64,000 nucleotides of DNA, from contig JAXLQJ010000013.1 in the NCBI GenBank assembly GCA_046331705.1, positions 1-64,000 of the forward strand, written 5' to 3'. The translations under genes and the position numbers were made by a program. Numbering within the stretch: position 1 is the stretch's first letter; each line of letters opens with the position of its first letter. The notes under the pieces were generated by a model. The model was not told the origin of the DNA, did not search any database, and was given only the letters and a program-made list of their open reading frames with translations. Source of the DNA: a bacterium. Lineage in GTDB: Bacteria; JADJOY01. This document shows, piece after piece, positions 31,208 to 41,189 of the stretch.

Positions 31208-32304
31208 GCTGGACCGGCGACTCCCGAGCGACGAGCGAGCGAGCGAGGCTTGCCGCGCGCGACGCGCTCGACGCGCACCTGCGCGAGACCGTGCGCTGGC
31301 ATTTCTCGCCAGAGACCGGCACGCCGGTGTGGCTCGAATTCGCGCGCACCTGCGGCTTCGACCCCATCCGCGACATCGGCGGCCTCGATGACCTCGTGCG
31401 GTGCTTCCCCAGCTTCGACGGCGAGCGGCTGCGCAGCGACCCCCACGAGCGCTGGATCCCGCGGGCGTTCCAGGGCCGCCCGTTCACGATCTTCGAGACC
31501 GGCGGCACCACCGGCATGCCGAAGCAGCGCATCGGCTGGGACGACTACAAGCGCGACTACGAACGCTTCTCGGCGACCCTGCCGGAGGCCTCGTTTCCCC
31601 GTGGCGGCTACTGGCTGATGGTCGGTCCCACCGGCCCGCGGCGCCTCCGGCTCGCCATCGAGCACCTGGCGAACTTCCGGGGCTCGTCGTGCTACTTCGT
31701 GGATCTCGACCCGCGCTGGGTGAAGAAGCGGATCGCCGCGGGCGACGGCGCGGGCGCCAAGGCGTACATGGCGCACGTGGTCGAGCAGGCGGCGCTGCTG
31801 CTGCGCCACCGCTCCATCGACGTGGTGTTCACCACTCCCCGGCTGCTCGAGGCGCTGGGCGACGAGCTCTCGCTCGCCGACGCCGGCGTGAAGGGCGTGC
31901 TCTGCGGCGGGACCGAGATCAGCCCGCAGACGGCGCGTTTCCTGGTCGAGGAAGTGCTGGAGCGTCGGGTCGCGCTGGTGCCCGTCTACGGCAACACCTT
32001 GATGGGCCTGGCGGCCTGCGACCCCGACACGCTGGCGCGCAATTACTCGATCACCTACCACGCGCCGGAGCCGTTCGCCGTGCTGCGCGTGACCGATCCC
32101 GCCGACGCGCGCCGCCTCGTCGACTACGACGCACGCGGCCGGGTGGAGCTCACGACGCTCACCCGCGAGCTCTTCCTGCCGCGCTTCCTGGAGCGCGACG
32201 AGGCGATCCGGCGCCCGCCGTGCGCGCGCTGGCCATGGGACGGCGTCGGCGAAGTCCGGCCGTTCGAGGAGCCGGGCGTGCGGATCATCGAAGGGGTGTA
32301 TTGA
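31204..32304 (+). CDS. EhpF/GriC-like adenylating (ANL superfamily, acyl-protein synthetase-like) protein
   Basis: WHFSPETGTP.W, FETGGTTGMPK (A3-like P-loop), YGNTLMG, RFLERDEA; ATGA-coupled to the symporter. Confidence 0.7.
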   Translation: MSWTGDSRATSERARLAARDALDAHLRETVRWHFSPETGTPVWLEFARTCGFDPIRDIGGLDDLVRCFPSFDGERLRSDPHERWIPRAFQGRPFTIFETGGTTGMPKQRIGWDDYKRDYERFSATLPEASFPRGGYWLMVGPTGPRRLRLAIEHLANFRGSSCYFVDLDPRWVKKRIAAGDGAGAKAYMAHVVEQAALLLRHRSIDVVFTTPRLLEALGDELSLADAGVKGVLCGGTEISPQTARFLVEEVLERRVALVPVYGNTLMGLAACDPDTLARNYSITYHAPEPFAVLRVTDPADARRLVDYDARGRVELTTLTRELFLPRFLERDEAIRRPPCARWPWDGVGEVRPFEEPGVRIIEGVY

Positions 32305-32317
32305 AGAGGCGGCCTCG

Positions 32318-33760
32318 ATGACGGCGGCGGTCGCGCACCTGCCGGCGCTGCGCTGGGGCGAGGACTATCGCAGCCTGAGCACGCTCGCGCTCCGGGACCA
32401 CCGCGACGGCGAGATCGTCGGCGAGCTCTCGCAGGTCAACGCCGGCTTGATCCGCCGGGATCTGAAGCGGGCGCACGAGGCGCGCCTGGCGCTCGCGAAG
32501 CTCACCACGCGCGAGGTGCTGACGCGCTGCCTCCGGGCCGCCGAGCTCTTTCTGGACGCCGAGCTCCCGCTCGCCGACGGTGCCACGCAGACCGCCGCCG
32601 CGTACCGGGCGCAGCTCGCGGCCACCGCGGCGCTGCCGCTCGCCCTCGGCCGCGCGAACCAGGAGAAGCTCGCGGCGGTGCTGCGCGAGCTCGCGACGAT
32701 CGTGCACGGTCTCACGCGCGGACTGGCACCCGAGGCGCTCGACGCGCCGCTCTCCGAGCTCGGCGGCATGCCGCTCTGGTTCGCGCCCCAATGCCGGGCG
32801 CTGGCGGCCGTGCTTCCCAGCAATTCGCCTGGTGTCAACGCGCTGTGGCTCCCGGCGCTCGCGTTCCACGTGCCCGTGGCGCTCAAACCCGGCAACGCGG
32901 ACCCGTGGACGCCGCTCCGGCTCGCGCGCGCCTTCGTCGCCGCCGGGCTGCCCGCCGAGGCGCTCGGCTTCTATCCCACCGATCACGAGGGGGCCGCGAC
33001 GCTCCTCGAGGGTTGCGAGCGCGCGCTGCTCTTCGGCGACGCGCGAACCACGGCGCCGTGGGCCGGGAGATCGTCGGTCGAGATCCATGGCCCGGGGCGA
33101 TCGAAGGTGTGGATCGCCGCGGACGAGATCGACGACTGGGAGCGCCACCTCGACGTCCTGGTGGATTCCATCGCGCGAAACGGCGGGCGCAGCTGCGTGA
33201 ATGCCTCGAGCATCGTCGTGCCGCGCCACGGCGACGAGATCGCGGAGGCGCTCGCCGAGCGCCTGGCCGCGTTCGCGCCGCGTCCGCTCGACGATCCCGA
33301 GGCGCGGCTCGCCGCGTTCGCCGACGCCAGCCTCGCCGAACGCATCGACGCGCAGCTCGACGCCGCGCTGTCGAGTGGGCGAGCGCGCGAGACGAGCGCC
33401 CGCTGTCGCGTGGGAGAGCGCCGCGTCGTGCTCGCTGGCTCGACGTTCCTCCAGCCGACGATCGTGCGCACCCCCGCGCTCGATCACCCGCTCGCCAACA
33501 CCGAGTACCTCTTTCCGTTCGCGAGCGTGGTCGAGGTCGCGGACGACGCGGCTCTCGATTGGATGGGTGACACGCTGGTCCTCACGGCGATCACGCGCGC
33601 GCCGCGAAACACGAGTGCGCTGCTCGGCGCGACTCGCGTCGGCCGCCTCAACCTCGGCCCCGTCCCGACACCCTCGGTGCGCTGGGATCAGCCGCACGAG
33701 GGCAATCTCTTCGACTTCCTCTTCGCCCGACGCGCCATCCAACGCGCGTCCGGGTGGTGA
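32318..33760 (+). CDS. Aldehyde-dehydrogenase-fold protein (GriD/EhpG/LuxC-like acyl reductase)
   Basis: LPSNSPGV, ALKPG, HGPGRSK, NGGRSCVNAS (catalytic Cys), EYLFPF. Confidence 0.8.
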   Translation: MTAAVAHLPALRWGEDYRSLSTLALRDHRDGEIVGELSQVNAGLIRRDLKRAHEARLALAKLTTREVLTRCLRAAELFLDAELPLADGATQTAAAYRAQLAATAALPLALGRANQEKLAAVLRELATIVHGLTRGLAPEALDAPLSELGGMPLWFAPQCRALAAVLPSNSPGVNALWLPALAFHVPVALKPGNADPWTPLRLARAFVAAGLPAEALGFYPTDHEGAATLLEGCERALLFGDARTTAPWAGRSSVEIHGPGRSKVWIAADEIDDWERHLDVLVDSIARNGGRSCVNASSIVVPRHGDEIAEALAERLAAFAPRPLDDPEARLAAFADASLAERIDAQLDAALSSGRARETSARCRVGERRVVLAGSTFLQPTIVRTPALDHPLANTEYLFPFASVVEVADDAALDWMGDTLVLTAITRAPRNTSALLGATRVGRLNLGPVPTPSVRWDQPHEGNLFDFLFARRAIQRASGW

Positions 33761-33772
33761 GGATCGCGCGCG

Positions 33773-35047
33773 TCACTCGCGCACGCCGTGAATGGCGGCG
33801 TAGTTGGCGATCCAGCTCGACGCGGCGACGCCCAGCACGTAGACGGCGAACAGGATGCCGGCGACCTGGCTCCCGGGAGTCGACGGCGCCGCGAGCACCA
33901 TCAGCAGCGTGCTCACCAGCATCGTCACGGCGAGCGTGCCCGCGACGATGAATGCCGTTCGCCGCTCGCGCGCGCCGTCCGCGCGAAACGCGGTCGAGAG
34001 CGGGATGACGTAGAGCGTGAGCAGGAGCCCCGCGAGCGACAGCGTGCCCCAGCCGCGCGCCAGCCCCACCCCGCTCGCGCCGAGACCACCCACCAGACAC
34101 GCGGTGACGGCCACCGCGCCCGCGCGTTCACGCGGCTTCAGCACCGCTCGCCCCACCGGGTGGAAGAAGAGCAAGACGTTGAAGACGTGGTCGCCGGTCC
34201 AGGTCAGGAACGCGAAGAGCACGTAGAGCGCCATCAGCGGGAGCACCACCGGCTCGAGCACCGGCACCTGGGCGGCGAGCGCTCTGAGCACCCGCGGGAC
34301 GATCCAGAGCCCGATCAAGAGCTGCCACGCGCGTTGCCGCCCGAGTCGGCTGGTCCACAGGAAGTAGCGCAAGAGAACCCGATAGACGCGGCTCGAGGCC
34401 TTGAGCGTGTGCAGCAGCCCATCCCGCGCCCAGTCGAGATCCGGCGCGAGGCGCAGCGCTTCGAGGAAGTGGCGACGCGCGCCCTCGATGTCGTTGCGGT
34501 GCAGGCACGCCCACCCCGAGTTGGCGTGGGTGAAGGCGTTCTCCGGATCGCGGGAGAGCGAATCTCCGAGCGCCGCGGCGGCGTCGCCGCGCCTGCCGAG
34601 CTGGGTCAACGCCAGCGCGCGCACGTTGGCGCAGCCTTGGTCCTCCGGATCGAGCTCGAGCCCGCGGTCGGCAGCCGCGAGCGCCTCGGTCCAGCGCCGT
34701 GCCTTCGCATGGATCTGTCCGAGCAAGGCGCACGCGCTCGCGTCGGTGGGATCGAGACGGATGGCCGCCTCGATCGCCCGCTCGGCTTCCACCAGGTGAT
34801 GACGCCGTTCGAGCGCGGCCGCGAGCGCGTGGTGCGCGACGGCCAGATCCGGTTCGTGACGGATCGCCTCCTCGGCCTCGGCGGTCGCTTCGGTCGCCCG
34901 ATCGAGCTCGGTGAGACAGAGGCTGAGCAACGCGTGGGCGTGCGCGTGATGCGGTTCCAGCGCGAGCACGCCACGGAGCTCGCGCTCGGCCAGGTCCCAG
35001 CGCCGCTGCGCCAGCAGCACTCCGGCGCGCCCGAGCTCGCTCTCCAC
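33773..35047 (-). CDS. TPR-repeat protein with C-terminal multi-pass membrane domain
   Basis: About six TPR units (A..LEP, AI..EP, AI.LDP) followed by about six hydrophobic helices. Confidence 0.85.
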   Translation of the reverse strand: MESELGRAGVLLAQRRWDLAERELRGVLALEPHHAHAHALLSLCLTELDRATEATAEAEEAIRHEPDLAVAHHALAAALERRHHLVEAERAIEAAIRLDPTDASACALLGQIHAKARRWTEALAAADRGLELDPEDQGCANVRALALTQLGRRGDAAAALGDSLSRDPENAFTHANSGWACLHRNDIEGARRHFLEALRLAPDLDWARDGLLHTLKASSRVYRVLLRYFLWTSRLGRQRAWQLLIGLWIVPRVLRALAAQVPVLEPVVLPLMALYVLFAFLTWTGDHVFNVLLFFHPVGRAVLKPRERAGAVAVTACLVGGLGASGVGLARGWGTLSLAGLLLTLYVIPLSTAFRADGARERRTAFIVAGTLAVTMLVSTLLMVLAAPSTPGSQVAGILFAVYVLGVAASSWIANYAAIHGVRE

Positions 35048-35084
35048 GTTGGCGTCCTCTCGTGCTGTCGCCGCGGCGCGCGGA

Positions 35085-36440
35085 TCAGCGCTCGTCGAGG
35101 TACGAGCGCACGTCGTCGTAGAGCCCGCTCTGGTTGGCGTAGAGGACGTAGTTCCGGGCGGTCCCGAACCACTCCTTGGTCGACGGGCGGACGGACTTCG
35201 CGGCGGCCTCGAGATCCTTGGTCGTGAGCGGGCTGGGACGACCGACGCGGATCGCTTCCTCGAGCTTGCGCTCGATCGCCAGATCCACGAGCGCCTTCAG
35301 GTCCGCGCCGGAGAACTGCTCCGAACGCTTGGCGAGCCGCTCGAAGTCGAGGTCGGCGCTCGGCTTTCCCCGGCACAGGATCTCGAGCACTCGCGCCCGC
35401 GCGGCGACGTCGGGAGGTGGGACGAAGAGCACGCGATCGAATCGTCCCGGGCGGCGAAACGCGGGATCGACGTGCCAGGGCGCGTTGGTGGCCGCCAGGA
35501 TGAGCACGCCGTCGTTCGCTCCCTGGATGCCGTCCAGCTCGGAGAGGAATTGGTTGATGAGATGGCGTCCCGCGTTGGCGCGCATGTCCGAGCGGCTCGC
35601 ACCCAGGGCATCGACCTCGTCGAAGAAGAGCACGCACGGCTTCTGACGACGAGCGTCCTCGAAGAGCTTGTGGAGGTTCTTCTCGCTCTCCCCGAGCCAC
35701 ATCGTGAGCACGTCGTTGATGCCCACCGAGAGGAAGCGCGCGTTCACCTCCCCCGCCGTGGCCCGCGCCAGATAGGTCTTGCCGCATCCCGGCGGGCCGT
35801 AGAGCAGGATGCCGCCGCCGATGGGCTTGCCGTACGCGCGGTAGAGCTCGGGGTGGGTGAGCGGATGGATGATCTTGAGACGGATCTCGTCCTTGAGCGC
35901 GTCCATGCCGCCGACGTCGCGAAACGAGATGCGCGGCCGTTCACCCTCGACAGCGTCTGGCGACTCGGTCGGCGCGACGCCCTCGGCGGTCACGCGGACG
36001 CGACCGTCCACCACCGTGGGGCGCGAGGCCTCGCCTTCGATCTTGAGGCGCTTGGCGAGAAAGGCGTCGGCCACCCGCGGGTCCTCCTCGACGGCGCGAA
36101 GGTACTGAGCGGCCGCCCGTTCCGCATGACCCGCGGCCAGCAGCAGCCGAGCGAGCTGCAATCGCGCTGCGGGCGATGGCTCGCCCGTGTGGAGGTGACT
36201 CTCGAGGATGGCGAGCGCGGCGTCGTTGTTGCCTTGCGCTTGGAGGGCACGCGCCAGACCGAGCTTCAGGTCCTCGCGCGCCGGTGCATGGCGAATCGCT
36301 TCCTTGAACGCGCGCTCCGCGTCCGCCGCCAGGCCTTGATCGAGGTAGAGCTCCGCGAGCAGGCGGCCCAGCGCCACGTTCGCGGGCTCGCGCTCCACGA
36401 CCGCCGCCAGCGCGCTGAGCGTCTCGGAGTCGACCGGCAT
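35085..36440 (-). CDS. Classic-clade AAA ATPase with N-terminal TPR domain
   Basis: GPPGCGKT, MWLGE pore loop, LFFDEVD, ATNAPWHVDPAFRRPGRFD (SRH). Confidence 0.92.
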   Translation of the reverse strand: MPVDSETLSALAAVVEREPANVALGRLLAELYLDQGLAADAERAFKEAIRHAPAREDLKLGLARALQAQGNNDAALAILESHLHTGEPSPAARLQLARLLLAAGHAERAAAQYLRAVEEDPRVADAFLAKRLKIEGEASRPTVVDGRVRVTAEGVAPTESPDAVEGERPRISFRDVGGMDALKDEIRLKIIHPLTHPELYRAYGKPIGGGILLYGPPGCGKTYLARATAGEVNARFLSVGINDVLTMWLGESEKNLHKLFEDARRQKPCVLFFDEVDALGASRSDMRANAGRHLINQFLSELDGIQGANDGVLILAATNAPWHVDPAFRRPGRFDRVLFVPPPDVAARARVLEILCRGKPSADLDFERLAKRSEQFSGADLKALVDLAIERKLEEAIRVGRPSPLTTKDLEAAAKSVRPSTKEWFGTARNYVLYANQSGLYDDVRSYLDER

Positions 36441-36527
36441 GCGAATCCTCTCGCGGCGTCGAAGCTCGCTTCCCCGGCACCACTCTCGAACGAGGCGCGG
36501 GATGCTAAGGGCAGGGTCCCCGCGCGG

Positions 36528-37511
36528 TCAAGGCGCGTCCCGTGGCGCGTCCCGTGGCGCCGCGCCAGGCGACGGGATCGCTCCGGCGCGCACGAGCATC
36601 GTCGTTCCCAAGCGCTCGAGCGCGCGGCGCTCGCCGGTGTCCCACACCACGAAGCCGTAGATCTGCAGCATCAATCGGCCCCGCCGGCGGCCCGGTCCGG
36701 CTCCACTGGTCAAGAACGACGCGCGCACGGCCGTCTCGCCGGGCCGCGCGCGCGGATCGGATACCGAGGCGCGAGCGTGGCGCACCGCGACGAAGTCGTT
36801 GCGCTCGTTGCGCCACACCACGTGGAGACCGAGCTCTCCGGCGACGTCGTCGAGCCGTTCGGCGAGCGCGCGAGTCTCGACCTCGGAGGCGGCCGCGGAG
36901 CGCCACCGAAAGTGGCGGTACCCGGAGAGACGAGCGAGCAGCGCCACGAGCGTCGACAGACCGCCGATGATGGCCGTGCAGATCACCGTCAACGCCAGCG
37001 TCTGCGAACCCAACCGATCCGGAACGGAAGACACGAGCGGTGAGCCCGACGACCGGGCCGCGGCGTTCAGGAAGCAAAACGGCGGCGCGAGCACGGCGGA
37101 GAGCAGCGTCAGGACCACGGGAACCGGCAACCAGACCCGATGCCGCTCGATGGCGGGACGCGCGAGCCATCGATCCACCGGATTGAGGTCCCGCGCGGCA
37201 GGTGCGGTGACACGTCGGCGGCGTGCAGCCGGCGCGGCGTCCGGCGCCAGCGAGGACGACGCGGAACCCGCCACGCGCGGCGACGCGGCAGCAGCCGCGG
37301 CTCCCGCCTTCTCCGCGGCGAGCTGGCTGCGCAGAATCCCGATCCGCGTCTGCGCGCGGTGCTCGAGGTCCGGTGCCGGGCCGCTCCGCAAGCACTCCCG
37401 GTAATGCCCGATCGCCTCGCGAGAGCGTCCTTCGCTCTCCGCGGCCTGACCGCGAAGAAAATGCTCCGCGCTCGGTGTACCGGCGCTTGCGGGCTCGTCG
37501 ACGCCACTCAC
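36528..37511 (-). CDS. Hypothetical membrane protein with N-terminal TPR-like segment
   Basis: 3' part of ORF 36528..38351: HFLRG..EAIGHYRECL followed by two TM helices. Start inferred at GTG 37511. Confidence 0.55.
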   Translation of the reverse strand: MSGVDEPASAGTPSAEHFLRGQAAESEGRSREAIGHYRECLRSGPAPDLEHRAQTRIGILRSQLAAEKAGAAAAAASPRVAGSASSSLAPDAAPAARRRRVTAPAARDLNPVDRWLARPAIERHRVWLPVPVVLTLLSAVLAPPFCFLNAAARSSGSPLVSSVPDRLGSQTLALTVICTAIIGGLSTLVALLARLSGYRHFRWRSAAASEVETRALAERLDDVAGELGLHVVWRNERNDFVAVRHARASVSDPRARPGETAVRASFLTSGAGPGRRRGRLMLQIYGFVVWDTGERRALERLGTTMLVRAGAIPSPGAAPRDAPRDAP

Positions 37512-37552
37512 GATCGAGCAACCTTCCGGCGGCGTGGTCGGCGCCCGGCCGA

Positions 37553-40030
37553 CTACCCACCCTGGCTGTCGGACCAGCCGCCCAGGCCGCCGGACTCGAA
37601 GCCGCCGTCGAAGATCGGGGTGCCGCTGCGCAGCATCACGAAGCCTTGGCCGACGGCGCCACCCTCCTCGGCGATCAGGAACCCCCGCCACACCGTGGTG
37701 ACCGCCGGTTGCACGGAGACCGAGCCGGCAGACGCCGGGCTCGCCAGCGACACGCCTTGATCGATGACCTCGTCGACGAACGTGCCTGCGATGGTCGCCC
37801 AGCCGAGACTGCTCGTTGCACCCGACGTGATCACGTACGGATTGGCGGTGAGCGTGGTCTGCGGCGGCGCGGCCTGCCCGACGGTGTCGGTGAATGGCGA
37901 GCCGTTCACCACCAACGTGTGCAAGCCCGTCGACGGCCCGACGTCGAGGCCGGTGTTGCCGCTGCGCACCTGACCATCGAGCGTCGCCTGCGCAGCGCCG
38001 CTCCATGCGTACGCGAGATCGGACTCCGCGGCGCCGGCGGTGTCGCCGCTGGCTCCTGCCGGCAGCTGCTGTGACGGCACGGCCCAGATTCCTCCCACCG
38101 TCGGGGCGGTTCCCAGGCCGACGTTGTCGTGGCTGGGCGCCTTCACCGTGGTGGTCGCGTTGGCGCGGTTCACCACCAAGGCGTTGAGGCCCGCCGCGTT
38201 CTTGCCGCCCACCAGCGAGTGGAAATAGTCGAACGTCGTGTCCGGCTGGAAGGTGTTGGCCGCGTAGGTGACGGTGTTGATCGGACCGTTCGTGTAGTCG
38301 CCGTCCATGATCGTGTAGGCACTCGGTCCGGTGTCGTTGCTGAAGATGCAATCGGAGATGGTGCCGGTCACGTCGCGCGGCGCAGTCGCGCCGCTGCCGG
38401 CGAGCGGCAACAGGAAGATCGCGGCACCCGAATCGCTGTTGGTGATCGAGTTCTCGACGAGCGCCGAGCTCGTGAGCTCGAGGTTGCCTCCCGTCAGACG
38501 AATCACTCCGCCGCTGGTCCGCGCGCTGTTGGCGACGAAGAGACTTCGCGCGACCGAGGCCGTGGTGTCGCTGAAGAGCGCCAGCGCGCCGCCCGCCCCT
38601 TCGGCGCCAGCGCTGGCGCGCGCATCGCTCAGCATCACGAGCGAGTCGGTCATCGCCACGTCCGCCAGGCTCGCCGCGAGCGCGCCGCCGTACCCCGGCA
38701 CACCGGCATCGCCCAGGACGTCGCAGTCGGAGAGCACGACCCCGTCGAGCGTCACGGGGGCTCGGTTGCCGGCGACTCCGCCCTGCGCCGGCACACCGCT
38801 GCCGTAGGCGCGCGCGGTATCGCCACCAGCGAAGACACAGCCGCCCATCCGCGCGTTCCCCGCGCCATTGGAATCGCCCGCGAGCAGCGTGTCCGTGATC
38901 GAAAGATCCGCCGAGCGTCGGTTGATGGCGCCGAAGTTGGTGCTCGGGTCACTGACGTCGTCCGAGTGCACGAACAACGCCCCGCCGATCCCCTGCCCCG
39001 CGCCGGTCCCGCCGGCGACGTTGCCGCGCAAGATCGAGTGCTCGATGCGGGCGATGCAGCGGTAACAGCTGAGCGCCCCTCCGGTCTGCGCTACGTTCGA
39101 CTCGAAACGCGAATGAAAGACGCGCACGCTCGTCTGATCCTCGGCGTGAATGGCACCCCCTTCGGTCGCCCCAGGCGGCGTCACGCCCACGGCGGGGCTC
39201 GCGACGTCGTCGACGAACGTGGAGTTGGTGATGAGGACGTCCGTCGTGGGCGTGGACACCGGGTCCACCCACGAGCCGAGCGCGTAGATCGCGCCTCCCG
39301 CGAACCCGGCGCCGTTGCCTTCGAAGCGCGATTGGGTCACCCGCAGCGTGGCGTCGACGACCGCGATCGCGCCACCGAAGGCGTTGGGCTGGTGCCCGGA
39401 GACGTTGGTGTGGTTGTCCACGAACTCGGTGGCGTGGATCATCACCCGCGAGCCCTCGTAAGCGAGGATCGCTCCGCCCGCGAGCTTCGCGGTGTTGCCG
39501 TCGAAGACGCTGTCCTGAAGAAAGACCGTCGAAGCCGAACCGGCCAGGATCGCGCCGCCGCCGTTGCTCGAGGTGTTCGACACGTTCTGCAGGAACGTGC
39601 AGCCGACGAACGTGGCGGTGGCGTTCGCGAGGGTCACGCCACCGCTCACGCCGGCGGTGGTGGAACGCCCGTTGGCGAAGGTCAGCCCCTCGAAGACCAC
39701 GGGGCGGCCGGAGCCCGGGCTGTTGAGCAGGCGCAGGATGTCCTTGGTGCCACCGCCGCTCAGCACGACGTTCGCTCCCGGCGCGGCGCGAACCGTGAAG
39801 CGCTTCGACAATCCCGAGATCTGAAATCCGCCCGAGGGTGCGGTGTAGGTGCCGCTCGAGATCTCGATCACACCACCGTTCGACACCTGGCTGATCGCGG
39901 TGGTCAACGTCGCTGCATCCGCGGGCACGCGCACGAAGGTGGCGGCGCGCGCGATCACGACGTCGCATGCGAACGAGAGGGCGATCAGGCACGCGACGGC
40001 TGCACGGACACGCACGGAAACTCCCACCAC
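37553..40030 (-). CDS. Secreted parallel beta-helix (pectin-lyase-like / PMP-repeat) protein
   Basis: Signal peptide; VRVPADAATLTTAI; FxxN..GGAI repeats; C-terminal PIFDGGFESGGLGGWS. Start approximate. Confidence 0.8.
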   Translation of the reverse strand: MVGVSVRVRAAVACLIALSFACDVVIARAATFVRVPADAATLTTAISQVSNGGVIEISSGTYTAPSGGFQISGLSKRFTVRAAPGANVVLSGGGTKDILRLLNSPGSGRPVVFEGLTFANGRSTTAGVSGGVTLANATATFVGCTFLQNVSNTSSNGGGAILAGSASTVFLQDSVFDGNTAKLAGGAILAYEGSRVMIHATEFVDNHTNVSGHQPNAFGGAIAVVDATLRVTQSRFEGNGAGFAGGAIYALGSWVDPVSTPTTDVLITNSTFVDDVASPAVGVTPPGATEGGAIHAEDQTSVRVFHSRFESNVAQTGGALSCYRCIARIEHSILRGNVAGGTGAGQGIGGALFVHSDDVSDPSTNFGAINRRSADLSITDTLLAGDSNGAGNARMGGCVFAGGDTARAYGSGVPAQGGVAGNRAPVTLDGVVLSDCDVLGDAGVPGYGGALAASLADVAMTDSLVMLSDARASAGAEGAGGALALFSDTTASVARSLFVANSARTSGGVIRLTGGNLELTSSALVENSITNSDSGAAIFLLPLAGSGATAPRDVTGTISDCIFSNDTGPSAYTIMDGDYTNGPINTVTYAANTFQPDTTFDYFHSLVGGKNAAGLNALVVNRANATTTVKAPSHDNVGLGTAPTVGGIWAVPSQQLPAGASGDTAGAAESDLAYAWSGAAQATLDGQVRSGNTGLDVGPSTGLHTLVVNGSPFTDTVGQAAPPQTTLTANPYVITSGATSSLGWATIAGTFVDEVIDQGVSLASPASAGSVSVQPAVTTVWRGFLIAEEGGAVGQGFVMLRSGTPIFDGGFESGGLGGWSDSQGG

Positions 40031-40298
40031 GCACGACGAGAGGCCTCGTGAATAGACCAAGTCTCGCCGCGCTGCCAAGCCGCGGGGCGTGTGAGCACGG
40101 CGAGCCGCGAGCCAGCAGGTCGCGAGGCTTCCGAACCCGCGCGCGCGGTATGGGACGGCCCGCGGAACGACACCTCGGATCGTCGGGCGCCGTGGCGCAC
40201 GACCGCGTCGTCCGTGATCGCCGCTGGTGAAGCGCTCCCGGCGCGCCACCCGTCGCGCGCGAGGTGCGACGCCGACCTCGGCCGGATCGGCCAGCCGC

Positions 40299-41189
40299 TC
40301 AGCGCAGCGTGTGCACGGCGAGATAGACGAGCGCCGCGGCGTTGAGGCCGCTCGACACGTACCAGTTGAGCCGCATGAGCCGCCGGAAGGTGGCGATCAC
40401 GTCGGCTCCCAGAAGCCGCGCCCGCGCCGCGGGAACCGCGAGGTTCGCGGCGAGCGACGCCACCACTGCAGCGCCGATCGCTGCCGTGGCGTTGCCCGTG
40501 AGCCCCACCAGCAACCAGGCGAAGCCCGCGGCCTGGAGCCTGAGGCCCCACGCGACACTCGACTCGGCGCCGTAGCGAACGGTGAACGTCTGGTCGCCAC
40601 GCGCCGCGTCTTCGTCGCGCTGGTAGCTGTGGCTGAAGAGGTAGAAGCCGAGGATCGTGAGGCTCGTGCCCAATGCGATCCCCGTCTGCGCCACCGACCA
40701 ATCGCCGAGCGCGACTCGCCCCAGGCGCGCGGCGATCAACGCCACGATCAACCCCTGGCCCGAGAAGACCACGGCCAGCGACGCGAAGGGTCGCCCCTTC
40801 CAGCGCGTGGCGGGATGCGAATAGGCCGCGGACATGAGGGCAAAGGCGAGCATGTAGACGCCGAGCCAGCCGTCGACCGCGAAGGCACCGACCACGGCGA
40901 CGACCTTGAGCGCCACGCTGAAGGGCAGCAGCGCTGCCACCACACGCGGCGGACGCTCCAGACCCCCGATCGGGCCCTCGTCCTCGTCGTAGTACGAGTT
41001 GTAGGCGTTGGAGCCGGTGTAGAGGAACACGTGCAGCAACACGCCCAACACCACCACGCTGGCGTCCAGACGCCCGACGAAGGCGCACACGTCGAGCAGA
41101 AAGACCGGCAACAGGAAGAGACTGAACGCGAGCCGCATGTGCACGAGGCAGGTGCGCACCACTCCCAGCGGCGGATGGGTCTCGGTCAC
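40299..41189 (-). CDS. UbiA-family prenyltransferase
   Basis: NAYNSYYDEDEG (NxxxDxxxD-like) and QRDEDAARGD second acidic motif; multiple TM helices; GTGA overlap. Confidence 0.82.
   Translation of the reverse strand: MTETHPPLGVVRTCLVHMRLAFSLFLLPVFLLDVCAFVGRLDASVVVLGVLLHVFLYTGSNAYNSYYDEDEGPIGGLERPPRVVAALLPFSVALKVVAVVGAFAVDGWLGVYMLAFALMSAAYSHPATRWKGRPFASLAVVFSGQGLIVALIAARLGRVALGDWSVAQTGIALGTSLTILGFYLFSHSYQRDEDAARGDQTFTVRYGAESSVAWGLRLQAAGFAWLLVGLTGNATAAIGAAVVASLAANLAVPAARARLLGADVIATFRRLMRLNWYVSSGLNAAALVYLAVHTLR

Noticed and set aside
29401-32304. 967-aa ORF as a single protein
   Set aside because: Only the part from ATG 31204 is protein-like; the upstream part overlaps the symporter in another frame.
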